From: an uncultured Verrucomicrobiae bacterium
GTDB taxonomy: Bacteria; Verrucomicrobiota; Verrucomicrobiia; Limisphaerales; Palsa-1400
Direction of reading: 5' to 3'
Length of the DNA stretch: 64,000 nt
NCBI GenBank assembly: GCA_963764165.1
Contig: CAVXRD010000002.1
Coordinates: 3,104,001 to 3,168,000, forward strand
The notes under the pieces are model-generated. The model ran no database searches. It was not told the DNA's origin and saw nothing but the letters and a program-made list of their open reading frames with translations. The position numbers were made by a program, and so were the translations under genes. Below are positions 47,961 through 57,470 of this stretch, in pieces (positions within the stretch are counted from its first letter, which is position 1; each line of letters opens with the position of its first letter).

Positions 47961-50867
47961 ATGAAAACAAGCATTAAAAATCTGTTGCTCTTGCTGTTAC
48001 TCTTGGGATTACCCGCCGTGGTGCAAGCCCAATTCGCTTCCAGCACAAATGCCGACGGCAGCAGCTACTATTACACCACAAACGACGACGGCAGCGCCAA
48101 CATCGAACTTTACGGATGGCCCCCTCCCCCAACCGATTGGCGTCCCGTTCTGACCATTCCAACCAGTATCAACGGCCTGACCGTCACCAGCATCGGGGCT
48201 TATGCGTTTGACCGTGCCCCCATAGGGAGCATCACGATCCCCAACAGCGTCACCAGCATCGGGGAATTTGCGTTTTCCGTCTGTAGCATATCGAGCGTGA
48301 CCATTCCCAACAGCGTCACCAACATCGGGGGTGGTGCGTTCCAAGAATGCACCAGTCTGACAAACATCACCATCCCGAACAGCGTCACCAGCATCGCAGG
48401 TTTGTTTGCATACTGCACCAGCCTGGCCAGCGTGACCATTCCCGACAGCGTCACCAACGTGGATGGGTTTTACGAATGCACCAGCTTGACGAGCGTGACC
48501 CTCCCTAACAGCGTCACCAGCATCGGGGACGGTGCGTTCGATGACTGCACCAGCCTGACCAACGTCACCATCGGCAACCGCGTCACCAGCATCGGGATTA
48601 ATGCGTTTAGCGAGTGCGCCAGCCTGACCAACGTCAACATTCCCGACAGCGTCACCAGCATCGGAGATGGTGCGTTCGGCGGCTGTGGCCTGAAGAGCGT
48701 GACCATCCCAAACAGTGTCACCAGCATCGGGGAAGATGCGTTCGAGGCCTGCTTCAGCCTGAGGAGCGTGACCATTCTCAATGGTGTCACCAGCATCGGG
48801 GTTAGTGTGTTTGAAATCTGCGGCAGCCTGACGAATGTGACCATCCCCAGCAGCGTCACCAGCATCGGGAATGGTGCGTTTTACGGCTGTGGCCTGACGA
48901 GCGTGACCATCCCCAACAGCGTCACCAGCATTGGGGATGCTGCGTTTGAATACTGTTCCAGCCTGACGAGCGTGACCATCCCCTACAGCGTCACCAGCAT
49001 CGGGGTTGGTGTGTTTGACAACTGCCAAAGCCTGAGGAGCGTGACCATTCCCAACGGCGTTACCAGCATCGGGGATTATGCGTTTGGGGCCTGCTACAGC
49101 CTGGGGAACATGACCATCCCCAACAGCGTCACCAACATCGGGACTAACGCGTTTTACAACTGCACCAGCCTAACGAGCGTGACCATCCCCAACAGCGTCA
49201 CCAGCATTGGGGCCTATGCGTTCTTTGATGATTACGGACTGACCAGCGTCACGATTCCCGGCAGCGTCACTAGCATTGGGGATTATGCGTTTGCCGGCTG
49301 CGCCAGCCTGAGGTCCGCCTATTTTCTGGGGAACGCGCCGCTCGATGATGGAACCATTTTCGCCGGCTATCCGGCAGATGGCCTTGCCACTGTCTATTAC
49401 CTGGCTGGCACCACGGGCTGGGGCGCGAGGTTTGACGGGCTTCCGGCCGCATTGTTCAGCACGAATGCCGACGGCAGTATCTACGGTTACAGCACCAACG
49501 CCGATGGTAGTGCCAACATCATCTCTTACTCCGGGCCTCCCTGGGTTGTGACCATTCCAACCAACATCCACGGACTGACGGTCACGAGCATCGGGGACGA
49601 TGCGTTCTCTAACTGCACCAGCCTAGGAAGCGTGACGATTCCCGGCAGTGTCACCAGCATCGGAGAGAATGCGTTCTATCGGTGCAGGAGCCTGACCAGC
49701 GTCACAATCGGCAACGGCCTCATCAGCATCGGGGAGGAGGCGTTCGAGGGGTGCTGGAATCTGACCAGCGTAACGCTTCCTGGCAGCCTCACCAACATCG
49801 GTGCGGAGGCGTTCGAGGAGACCGCCCTGGCCAGCGTCTCGATTCCCGGCAGCGTCACTAACATCGGGGCAGGTGCGTTCAATTATTGCACCAGCCTGAC
49901 CAATGCCACAATTGACAATGGCGTCGCTAACATCGGGGCAAGTGCATTCAATTATTGCACCAGCCTGACCAGCATCACGATTCCCGATAGCGTCACCAGC
50001 ATCGGGCATGGGGCGTTTTACGATTGCACCGCCCTGACGAACATCACGGTGGATGCGTCCAATCCGGCCTACAGCAGTATGAACGGAGTTTTGTTTGACA
50101 AAAGCCAAACTATGCTTATTCAATATCCGGACGGCTTAGGTGGAAGTTACACGATTTCAAACAGCGTCACCAGCATCGGGTATGATGCGTTCGAGGGCTG
50201 TTACAGCCTGACCAGCGTGACGATTCCGGACAGCGTCACCAACATCGGGGATTATGCGTTTTACTACTGCATCAGTCTGAGGGGCGTGAGCATCCCCAAC
50301 GGCGTCGCCAGCATCGGGTATCAGGTGTTTTCCGGTTGCACCAGCCTGACGAGCGTGACCATTCCCAACAGCGTCACCAGCATCGGGTATGGTGCGTTCT
50401 GGCTCTGCACCGGCCTTGCCAACATCACGATTCCCGACAGCGTCACCAGCATCGGGGGCTATGCGTTCCTTGATTGTTACAGCCTGACCAAGGTCAATTT
50501 CACGGGCAACGCTCCGTCCACAACCAATGATTCAACTGTTTTCTCTGGCGACTTCGCGACGGTCTATTACTTGCCGGGCACCACGGGCTGGGGCGCGATA
50601 TTTGACGGTCTTCCAACCGCGCCATGGTTCCTTCCGAACCCGCAAATCCTTAACCACAGCGCCGGCGTCGGCGTGCAACCCGGCGGGTTTGGTTTCACCA
50701 TCTCCTGGGCAACGAACGCTTCCGTCGTGGTGGAATCCGCCACGAATCTGGCCAATCCTATCTGGATTCAGGCGAGCACCAACACCCTGACCGGCGGCAC
50801 AAGCTATTTCAGCGATCCGCAGTGGACGAATTATCCCAGTCGCTTCTACCGGCTCCAAATGCCGTGA
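47961..50867 (+). CDS. BspA-type LRR surface protein 3 (two tandem capped LRR solenoids)
   Basis: MKTSIKN signal peptide; the STNADGS cap and YYL.GTTGWG cap each occur twice; C-terminus RFYRLQMP. Confidence 0.93.
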   Translation: MKTSIKNLLLLLLLLGLPAVVQAQFASSTNADGSSYYYTTNDDGSANIELYGWPPPPTDWRPVLTIPTSINGLTVTSIGAYAFDRAPIGSITIPNSVTSIGEFAFSVCSISSVTIPNSVTNIGGGAFQECTSLTNITIPNSVTSIAGLFAYCTSLASVTIPDSVTNVDGFYECTSLTSVTLPNSVTSIGDGAFDDCTSLTNVTIGNRVTSIGINAFSECASLTNVNIPDSVTSIGDGAFGGCGLKSVTIPNSVTSIGEDAFEACFSLRSVTILNGVTSIGVSVFEICGSLTNVTIPSSVTSIGNGAFYGCGLTSVTIPNSVTSIGDAAFEYCSSLTSVTIPYSVTSIGVGVFDNCQSLRSVTIPNGVTSIGDYAFGACYSLGNMTIPNSVTNIGTNAFYNCTSLTSVTIPNSVTSIGAYAFFDDYGLTSVTIPGSVTSIGDYAFAGCASLRSAYFLGNAPLDDGTIFAGYPADGLATVYYLAGTTGWGARFDGLPAALFSTNADGSIYGYSTNADGSANIISYSGPPWVVTIPTNIHGLTVTSIGDDAFSNCTSLGSVTIPGSVTSIGENAFYRCRSLTSVTIGNGLISIGEEAFEGCWNLTSVTLPGSLTNIGAEAFEETALASVSIPGSVTNIGAGAFNYCTSLTNATIDNGVANIGASAFNYCTSLTSITIPDSVTSIGHGAFYDCTALTNITVDASNPAYSSMNGVLFDKSQTMLIQYPDGLGGSYTISNSVTSIGYDAFEGCYSLTSVTIPDSVTNIGDYAFYYCISLRGVSIPNGVASIGYQVFSGCTSLTSVTIPNSVTSIGYGAFWLCTGLANITIPDSVTSIGGYAFLDCYSLTKVNFTGNAPSTTNDSTVFSGDFATVYYLPGTTGWGAIFDGLPTAPWFLPNPQILNHSAGVGVQPGGFGFTISWATNASVVVESATNLANPIWIQASTNTLTGGTSYFSDPQWTNYPSRFYRLQMP

Positions 50868-50921
50868 CCAAATCTAAAGAACTTGGCCCTTTCTCGGATT
50901 GTCATTCCCGCACGAAGTCTG

Positions 50922-51070
50922 GATTGGCCGCAGATTCACGCAGGTCAGGGCAGATTTTCTGGGAAGCAATGCCTTTAAAAATCAACGCAGCTCGACTGTG
51001 CCACACATGACTGAATTTGTTCCCGGCCTTCTTCCTGTCCGCGTTGATCTGCGACCATCTGGGGCCAATC
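50922..51070. repeat. CAGAT-type palindromic element
   Basis: GATTGGCCGCAGATTCACGCAG ... GTTGATCTGCGACCATCTGGGGCCAATC. Confidence 0.75.
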
Positions 51071-51106
51071 AGGTTTCTGGCGGAGCTGGAGAACCGAGCC
51101 ATCTGC

Positions 51107-51213
51107 TGAAATGTTGCCGGTTTGTTGCCACCTTGTTGCCATTTTTGTTGCCACTTAAATGTTTCGCAATCAACAGGGTAACGGATGTTGCCACTTTTTG
51201 GAGATTATATAAT
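51107..51213 (+). repeat. Heptamer/palindrome module, copy D
   Basis: TGAAA-TGTTGCC x4 (periods 11, 11, 12)...AATCAACAGGGTAACGGATGTTGCCACTTTTTGGAGATTATATA. Confidence 0.85.
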
Positions 51214-51363
51214 GATTAACACCGAGACGAGGGTTTGGCTCCCTTTGCCCGCTCCCTCGAACGACCACAGGGCGAATCCTCGTAGCGGCGAGGAGACGAG
51301 CTTTCAGATCCCTAACGATCATCGGTCTGGCGCAACGCCGGAGGATGTGGTAATCGTTGGCCG

Positions 51364-51927
51364 TTGAGCGACGTTACCCGCATTCTCGAGTCCATCGAAC
51401 ATGGCGATCCAAAGGCCGCCGATAAATTGCTTCCGTTGGTCTATGAGGAGTTGCGCAAGTTGGCGGCGGCGCGCATGGCGAACGAATCGCCCAACCAGAC
51501 GTTGCAGCCCACCGCGCTCGTGCATGAAGCCTGGCTGCGGTTGGTGGGCGACGCGAACCCCAACTTCTCCGGACGGGCTCATTTCTTCGGCGCCGCCGCC
51601 GAGGCCATGCGGCGCATTCTCATTGAAAAGGCCCGCCGCAAGCGCGCCCATCGGCACGGAGGAAACCACCAACGCGTGGATCTTGAATGTATTGAAATTG
51701 TGGGCCCCGGCGACGACGACCAACTCCTCGCCGTGAACGAGGCCCTCGACAAGCTCGCCGCCATCCACGCCGTCCAAGCCGAGGTTGTGAAGCTGCGCTG
51801 TTTTGTCGGCATGACCAATGTTGAAGCGGCCCAAGCCTTGGGCCTTTCGGAGCGCACCGCCAAGTATTACTGGACTCACGCCCGCGCCTGGCTCATCCAC
51901 GAAATCAACGCCGCCCGAGCTGCCTGA
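51364..51927 (+). CDS. ECF sigma factor, TIGR02999-like (kinase-associated)
   Basis: LLPLVY.ELR.LA, TLQPTALVHEAW and HFF.AAAEAMRRIL. Confidence 0.93.
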   Translation: MSDVTRILESIEHGDPKAADKLLPLVYEELRKLAAARMANESPNQTLQPTALVHEAWLRLVGDANPNFSGRAHFFGAAAEAMRRILIEKARRKRAHRHGGNHQRVDLECIEIVGPGDDDQLLAVNEALDKLAAIHAVQAEVVKLRCFVGMTNVEAAQALGLSERTAKYYWTHARAWLIHEINAARAA

Positions 51928-52189
51928 TGATTTTTCCCTGTTGTCGGATCGACCCATCGCCGACTCCGCAACGCACATCCCATTGGACAACCACCACCCT
52001 CAAATCGGGCGGATTTGGCCAATATCACTGGCACGCAGGCTGGTTTTTGAAATGTGCACACCTTAAAGCCAAAAAACTGTCAAAAATAATTGCCTGAGTG
52101 CAGAAAAAGTGTACAGTCTGCCGCTATCTCACCTGTGTGCCAAAGTGGTACATGGGTGGTGAATCGCAAACCGAAATACCGCAAGAGCC

Positions 52190-54325
52190 ATGTTTACCAT
52201 CGAAAAAAAGTTGTCGCGCAATCGTGCAGTTTCCTCCCGTTCAATCCAATCAGCCCATTTGTTGGCAGTCCTCGCGTTGGCCGTCTTGGCCGCTTTTATG
52301 GTCCCCGCCAGAGCTTTGGCGGCGCCGATGTTCGTCCTTAAGTCAGAGATGCCTGATCCTCAGTTATATAGCGCGGGACTCAATAATGCGGGCGACTTTT
52401 GTGGCATATATAACCCTACGCCAAGCACCACCGCGCCATTTTTGAACCGCGGCGGCACGCTCGCCGACCTGACGCCGACTGACCCGAATATTCTGAGCGC
52501 TTATCCGTTGGGGATTGGGCCTCGGTTGTCGGACGGCTCCGTGATGGTGGTTGGCTTTTCGGATGACGCGGATGGATACCGCCGGCCCATTGTTTGGACG
52601 ATTGAATCGAATTTGTCGTTTTCGACTTTGGTTTTGTCGAATTACGTTTTGCCTCCCGACAGCCAGTCGCCCGGCGAACAGGGCAGCGGCGAGGCGCTGG
52701 CGGTCAACGCCTCGGGCGAAGTGGTGGGCGACGGACAGTCTTATCTGGCGGATGTGGCGATGAATTGGCAGTTGCCCGATACAACGGCGCAGGCGCAATT
52801 TTTCAGCACAGGCTCCCAAGCGGTGGCGGTCAATGCCAGCGGGCTGATGCTCGTCAACGGCATCGAGTACGATCATGGCGGCCCGCTGGACCGCGTTTCG
52901 GCGGGCGTCACTTACGGGGCACCAGATTCGACAGAAATTCCCTATGCCTATTATGATGGCAACCCGGTCAACGCCGCGGCGATGGACGGTGATTACGTTT
53001 GCGGGTCCGCCTCATTCTCGTCGAATTATGTGGGCGCGTTCGTTTGGACGATTGGCGCGCCGGGCATTGTGCAATTGCCTGCGCCTGCGGGTTATCCGAT
53101 GGATTCATCGGCGGCGAATTCAGTGAATTCCGCGGGAGACGTTGTGGGATGGATTCACACGCCGGGCAGCTACGGTGGATATTTCAATGCGTTTTGGAAA
53201 CTGAAAAATGGCTCCTACACTGGGTATATTCTCAACACGCTCTTTCCGCTGGAGCCATACCAAGCCGGAATCCCAACGCATGAAAACACGGGCGAATTTA
53301 TAAATGACAAAGGTGAGATTCTCATATTGAACGACTATGGTTCGTACAGCGACTATTCCATCCGTGTCTATGAACCTGTCACCAACGCGATCGTGCAGTT
53401 TGACCAGCCGTATTTTAGCGGCGACAAACACACTAATTCGGTGTCGGCCACTGTGGATATCTTGCGCGCGGACGGTTACACCGGGACGGTTTCGGTGCAT
53501 TACGCGACGACAGACGATACCGCCATTGCGGGACAAGATTACACAGGCGCCAGCGGCGTTCTCACTTGGACCGGCGCCGACAGTTCCGCGCGGACGATCT
53601 CTGTGCGGCTCCAGAGCAATGATCTTTACAGCGCATACGGGTCCGATTTTTACCTCGAGCTTTCCAATGTGAGCGGGGCAATCCTCGGAACCACTACGAA
53701 CGCCGAAGTTGCTATTGAAGCGTCTTACGAATCCATTGGCCTCACCAATCTTTCGAGCGTCGACAATCAATCCTTCGATGTCACCGCAAGCCAGACCAAT
53801 GTGGTGATCACGGTGACCCGGCTCGGCTGGCCGGACGGCACGCTGACCATCAGCTCCGTCACTGGCGATGACGGAACGGCAGTCGCTGGCACAGACTACA
53901 TTCAGGACACCAATGATCTGGGGCTTGCGTGGGCGCCCGGTGAAACCGGGCCAAAATCATTCGACATCGAGCTGATCCCCCACCCTGGAAACACCGAGAC
54001 GAACACATTTTATCTTTCCATTTCCGGTGACGTGGATGGGACCAACGCCGTGTACGGATTTGCCACTGTGAACATTGTGCCCGTCGGAACCGTGCCGCCG
54101 GTGGGATTCGGCACGAATAACCTCTGGGGCGCCGGACGAACCAACCTGGCGCTCAGCGTTGCAGTCGGACAAGGCCTCACAGTGACGATTCAGGAATCAA
54201 CGAATGCGCTAAACTGGGTCGATTACACCAACATTCTTTGCACAAACGGCCTCGTCACGTTTGACCCGCCAATCATAAAATCGCGACCGCTCAATCTCTT
54301 CAAACCCATCGTGAAAGGAAATTAA
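52190..54325 (+). CDS. Secreted protein: HAF-repeat-like propeller, two Calx-beta domains and a degenerate C-terminal sorting-like domain
   Basis: A.AVNASG.VVG repeats; V.YAT.D.TA.AG.DY twice. Confidence 0.8.
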   Translation: MFTIEKKLSRNRAVSSRSIQSAHLLAVLALAVLAAFMVPARALAAPMFVLKSEMPDPQLYSAGLNNAGDFCGIYNPTPSTTAPFLNRGGTLADLTPTDPNILSAYPLGIGPRLSDGSVMVVGFSDDADGYRRPIVWTIESNLSFSTLVLSNYVLPPDSQSPGEQGSGEALAVNASGEVVGDGQSYLADVAMNWQLPDTTAQAQFFSTGSQAVAVNASGLMLVNGIEYDHGGPLDRVSAGVTYGAPDSTEIPYAYYDGNPVNAAAMDGDYVCGSASFSSNYVGAFVWTIGAPGIVQLPAPAGYPMDSSAANSVNSAGDVVGWIHTPGSYGGYFNAFWKLKNGSYTGYILNTLFPLEPYQAGIPTHENTGEFINDKGEILILNDYGSYSDYSIRVYEPVTNAIVQFDQPYFSGDKHTNSVSATVDILRADGYTGTVSVHYATTDDTAIAGQDYTGASGVLTWTGADSSARTISVRLQSNDLYSAYGSDFYLELSNVSGAILGTTTNAEVAIEASYESIGLTNLSSVDNQSFDVTASQTNVVITVTRLGWPDGTLTISSVTGDDGTAVAGTDYIQDTNDLGLAWAPGETGPKSFDIELIPHPGNTETNTFYLSISGDVDGTNAVYGFATVNIVPVGTVPPVGFGTNNLWGAGRTNLALSVAVGQGLTVTIQESTNALNWVDYTNILCTNGLVTFDPPIIKSRPLNLFKPIVKGN

Positions 54326-54399
54326 AACGGGTTGTTTCGGGAGCCGGGCGCGTTTATAATACGCTGATTAGCACGAAATTCCAGCGTCTTGCGGCAACG

Positions 54400-57300
54400 A
54401 TGCTCAGCCTGTTGCCGGCACTTGTCTTTGCCGGAGCAAGCCAGGGGCAGGAATTGCGCTACGACCGCGACATCCGCCCGATTCTCTCGGACAATTGCTT
54501 TCGCTGCCACGGGCCGGAATTAAAAAGCCGCAAGGCAAAGCTGCGGCTGGATGTGCGCGAGGTGGCTCTTGAAAAAAAGGCGTTCGCGCCGGGCAAACCG
54601 GACGAAAGCGAAATAATCCGCCGCCTTGTCACCACAAACGCGGACGATCACATGCCGCCCGCGGTCATGCACAAAACCGTGACGTCCGCGCAGATTGATT
54701 TATTGCGCCGCTGGATTGCCGAGGGCGCAAAATACGAGACGCACTGGTCTTACGCGCCGCTGGTTCGCCCGCCTTTGCCGGAAGTTTCCAACGCCGATTG
54801 GCCGCAGGACGCCGTTGACAAATTCATTCTCGCGCGATTGGAAGAATCGAACATCGCGCCATCGCCACAGGCGGATCGGCGCACGTTGCTACGGCGTCTT
54901 TCCCTTGATTTGACCGGGCTGCCGCCGACGCCGAAGGAGGTGGATCAGTTTGTGAATGATTCTTCGGCTGACGCTTACGCGAACCAGGTCGAGCGCCTCC
55001 TGGCCTCGCCGCATTTTGGCGAGCGCATGGCCGTGCCGTGGCTGGATGCGGTTCGGTTTGCGGACACCGTGGGTTATCACGGCGACCAGGATCAAAATGT
55101 ATTCCCGTATCGCGATTATGTTATTGATTCGTTCAACCGCAACAAGCCTTTCGACCAGTTCACCATTGAGCAGATTGCGGGCGACCTGCTGCCCAATCCA
55201 ACGGTGGAGCAAAAAATTGCCACCGGCTTCAATCGCTTGAACTTGATGACGCGCGAAGGCGGGGCGCAGCCGAAGGAATATCTCGCCAAATACGCAGCCG
55301 ACCGCGTCCGCACGGTTTCAACGGCGTGGCTCGGATCCACGATGGCGTGCTGCCAATGTCACGATCACAAATATGATCCGTTCACCGCCAGGGATTTTTA
55401 TTCGCTCGGCGCGTTCTTTGACGATGTGAAGCAATGGGGCGTCTACATGAGTTACGGTTATTCGCCAAATCCCGAGCTGGACGGCTGGGACAACGATCAT
55501 CCATTCCCGCCGGAAATTGTAGTGACAAATCAGTTCCTACTGCGGCGAGAGGCGCAGTTGCGGGCCGAATTGAATCAGATTGTGCCGGATGCCGCCGCAA
55601 AACTTTCCGGAGACCCGAAAAAGAATTTCGACGAATGGAAAAACAATCTCCGCACATTATTAAAAAAATCGCCGGACGGCTGGAACGTCGTCACCCAGCC
55701 AGAAGTGTCGATGAAAGACACCAATTCCACGACTCAGCTTGCGGCACAACCGGACGGAACTGTGATTGCGTCGGGGAAACCCATGAAGGGTGACGCGTAT
55801 GAAGTGCGCTTCACGCCGCCGCCGGGCTGGCTGGCCGCCATCCGGCTGGAGCTGCCGCCCGTCCCTGCCAACACAAATTCTTCACTCCGCTCTCGCACGG
55901 GCCAGGCGGAAGTCAGAATTTCGGCGGAGTTGCAGCCCGTGAAGGGCAAATCCATTCGCCTCGCGCTTGGCGCGGCCGACGCGACGAGCCGTCTGCCATT
56001 GTATTCCAACGGCCATGAAATTCTTCAAATGTCCTCCGCGTGGAAATTGAGCGCCAGCGCCGGAACGAATTTGCAAAGCGCCGTTTTTCTGCTTGACACG
56101 CCAGTATTCTGCCATGACGGAGAAGCGCTAAAGCTCAAACTGACATCCACCGACCTCGCCAGCTTCCGGATCGCGACCACCGCTTTGGCCGCTGCCGCGC
56201 CGTTGCAATCCGGCGCCAGCAAAGAATTGCGGCAGGCGGCTCGCGGAATTCCCAGCAGGGCAAAAACGGAAACGCTCGCCGGGGCATGGATCCGCAGCAC
56301 GACAAACGATCTGGCCGACTACCAGCGCGTGAAAGCTTTGGAGCGCGAAATCGTCCAGTGCAACCACGGCCTGGCGCCGACACTTGTGACGGTGGCGGTG
56401 ACCAACAGCCTCGTCTCGCGCGTCCTGCCGCGCGGCAATTGGCAGGATGAGTCCGGCGAAATCGTCCAACCGGCGGTGCCGGCGTTTCTCCCGCAGCCGC
56501 CGCGCCGCGGCACGAATATCCTGACCCGGCTTGATCTCGCGCGCTGGATTGTGTCCCCGGAAAATCCACTGACACCGCGCGCCTTTGTCAACCGGCTCTG
56601 GAAACAATTGTTCGGCAATGGCCTTTCCAATCAACCAGAGGAACTCGGCACGCAGGGAGAATTTCCCACCCATCCCGAACTGATTGATTGGCTCGCTGTG
56701 GAATTTCGCGACAGCGGATGGGACGTCAAGCATATGGTGCGCCTGATGGTTATGTCCGCGACGTATCAGCAAGTCTCAAGAATCCGCCCTGACCTGCGGG
56801 ACGTCGACCCGAACAACCGCTTGCTGGCCCGCCAGAATCCGCGCCGGCTGGACGCGGAGTTTGTGCGGGACAACGCGCTGTTCATCTCTGGCTTGCTTGA
56901 TCCTGAGCTCGGCGGGCCAAGCGTGTATCCGTACCAGCCTGTGGGTTACTACTCCAACCTCCAATTTCCCGACCGCGATTATTTGGCCAGCACCGGCGCG
57001 GACCAGTATCGGCGTGGGATTTATTCGCACTGGCAGCGGACTTTCCTGCACCCGATGCTGGCGAATTTCGACGCGCCCGCGCGTGACGAATGTGTGGTGG
57101 ACCGCCCCGTTTCCACCACACCGCAACAGGCGCTGACGCTGCTAAATGACCCCTCGTTCGTCGAGGCGGCGCGCGCGTTCGCGGAAAAAATTCTCACCGC
57201 GCCGGAGGCAAAAGACGATGCTGCGCGGGTGAACCTGACCATGGAAACCGCTTTGCTGCGCCCGGCGAAAAAATCGGAGCGGGAATCACTGCTGGGATTC

Positions 57301-57468
57301 TTGGCCGAGCAGCGAAGTTATTACCGCGCCAATCTGGACGACGCGAAAAAACTTTTGCAAACCGGCCAGCATCCCACGGACGCCGCCTTGGATCCGTCCG
57401 AAGACGCCGCGTGGACGACACTCGCGCGCGTCATCCTGAATTTGCACGAAACCATCACCCGCTATTGA
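54400..57468 (+). CDS. Planctomycete cytochrome c / DUF1549 / DUF1553 (PSCyt/PSD1) protein
   Basis: IRPILSDNCFRCHG, RRLSLDLTGLPP, CQCHDHKYDP, PTHPEL.DWLA and LNLHE.ITR. Confidence 0.93.
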   Translation: MLSLLPALVFAGASQGQELRYDRDIRPILSDNCFRCHGPELKSRKAKLRLDVREVALEKKAFAPGKPDESEIIRRLVTTNADDHMPPAVMHKTVTSAQIDLLRRWIAEGAKYETHWSYAPLVRPPLPEVSNADWPQDAVDKFILARLEESNIAPSPQADRRTLLRRLSLDLTGLPPTPKEVDQFVNDSSADAYANQVERLLASPHFGERMAVPWLDAVRFADTVGYHGDQDQNVFPYRDYVIDSFNRNKPFDQFTIEQIAGDLLPNPTVEQKIATGFNRLNLMTREGGAQPKEYLAKYAADRVRTVSTAWLGSTMACCQCHDHKYDPFTARDFYSLGAFFDDVKQWGVYMSYGYSPNPELDGWDNDHPFPPEIVVTNQFLLRREAQLRAELNQIVPDAAAKLSGDPKKNFDEWKNNLRTLLKKSPDGWNVVTQPEVSMKDTNSTTQLAAQPDGTVIASGKPMKGDAYEVRFTPPPGWLAAIRLELPPVPANTNSSLRSRTGQAEVRISAELQPVKGKSIRLALGAADATSRLPLYSNGHEILQMSSAWKLSASAGTNLQSAVFLLDTPVFCHDGEALKLKLTSTDLASFRIATTALAAAAPLQSGASKELRQAARGIPSRAKTETLAGAWIRSTTNDLADYQRVKALEREIVQCNHGLAPTLVTVAVTNSLVSRVLPRGNWQDESGEIVQPAVPAFLPQPPRRGTNILTRLDLARWIVSPENPLTPRAFVNRLWKQLFGNGLSNQPEELGTQGEFPTHPELIDWLAVEFRDSGWDVKHMVRLMVMSATYQQVSRIRPDLRDVDPNNRLLARQNPRRLDAEFVRDNALFISGLLDPELGGPSVYPYQPVGYYSNLQFPDRDYLASTGADQYRRGIYSHWQRTFLHPMLANFDAPARDECVVDRPVSTTPQQALTLLNDPSFVEAARAFAEKILTAPEAKDDAARVNLTMETALLRPAKKSERESLLGFLAEQRSYYRANLDDAKKLLQTGQHPTDAALDPSEDAAWTTLARVILNLHETITRY

Positions 57469-57470
57469 AA

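Noticed and set aside
44907..50867. CRISPR-like or DGR interpretation of the regular repeats
   Set aside because: The repeats are in-frame LRR codons; there are no cas genes, no reverse transcriptase and no recognisable template repeat in the window.
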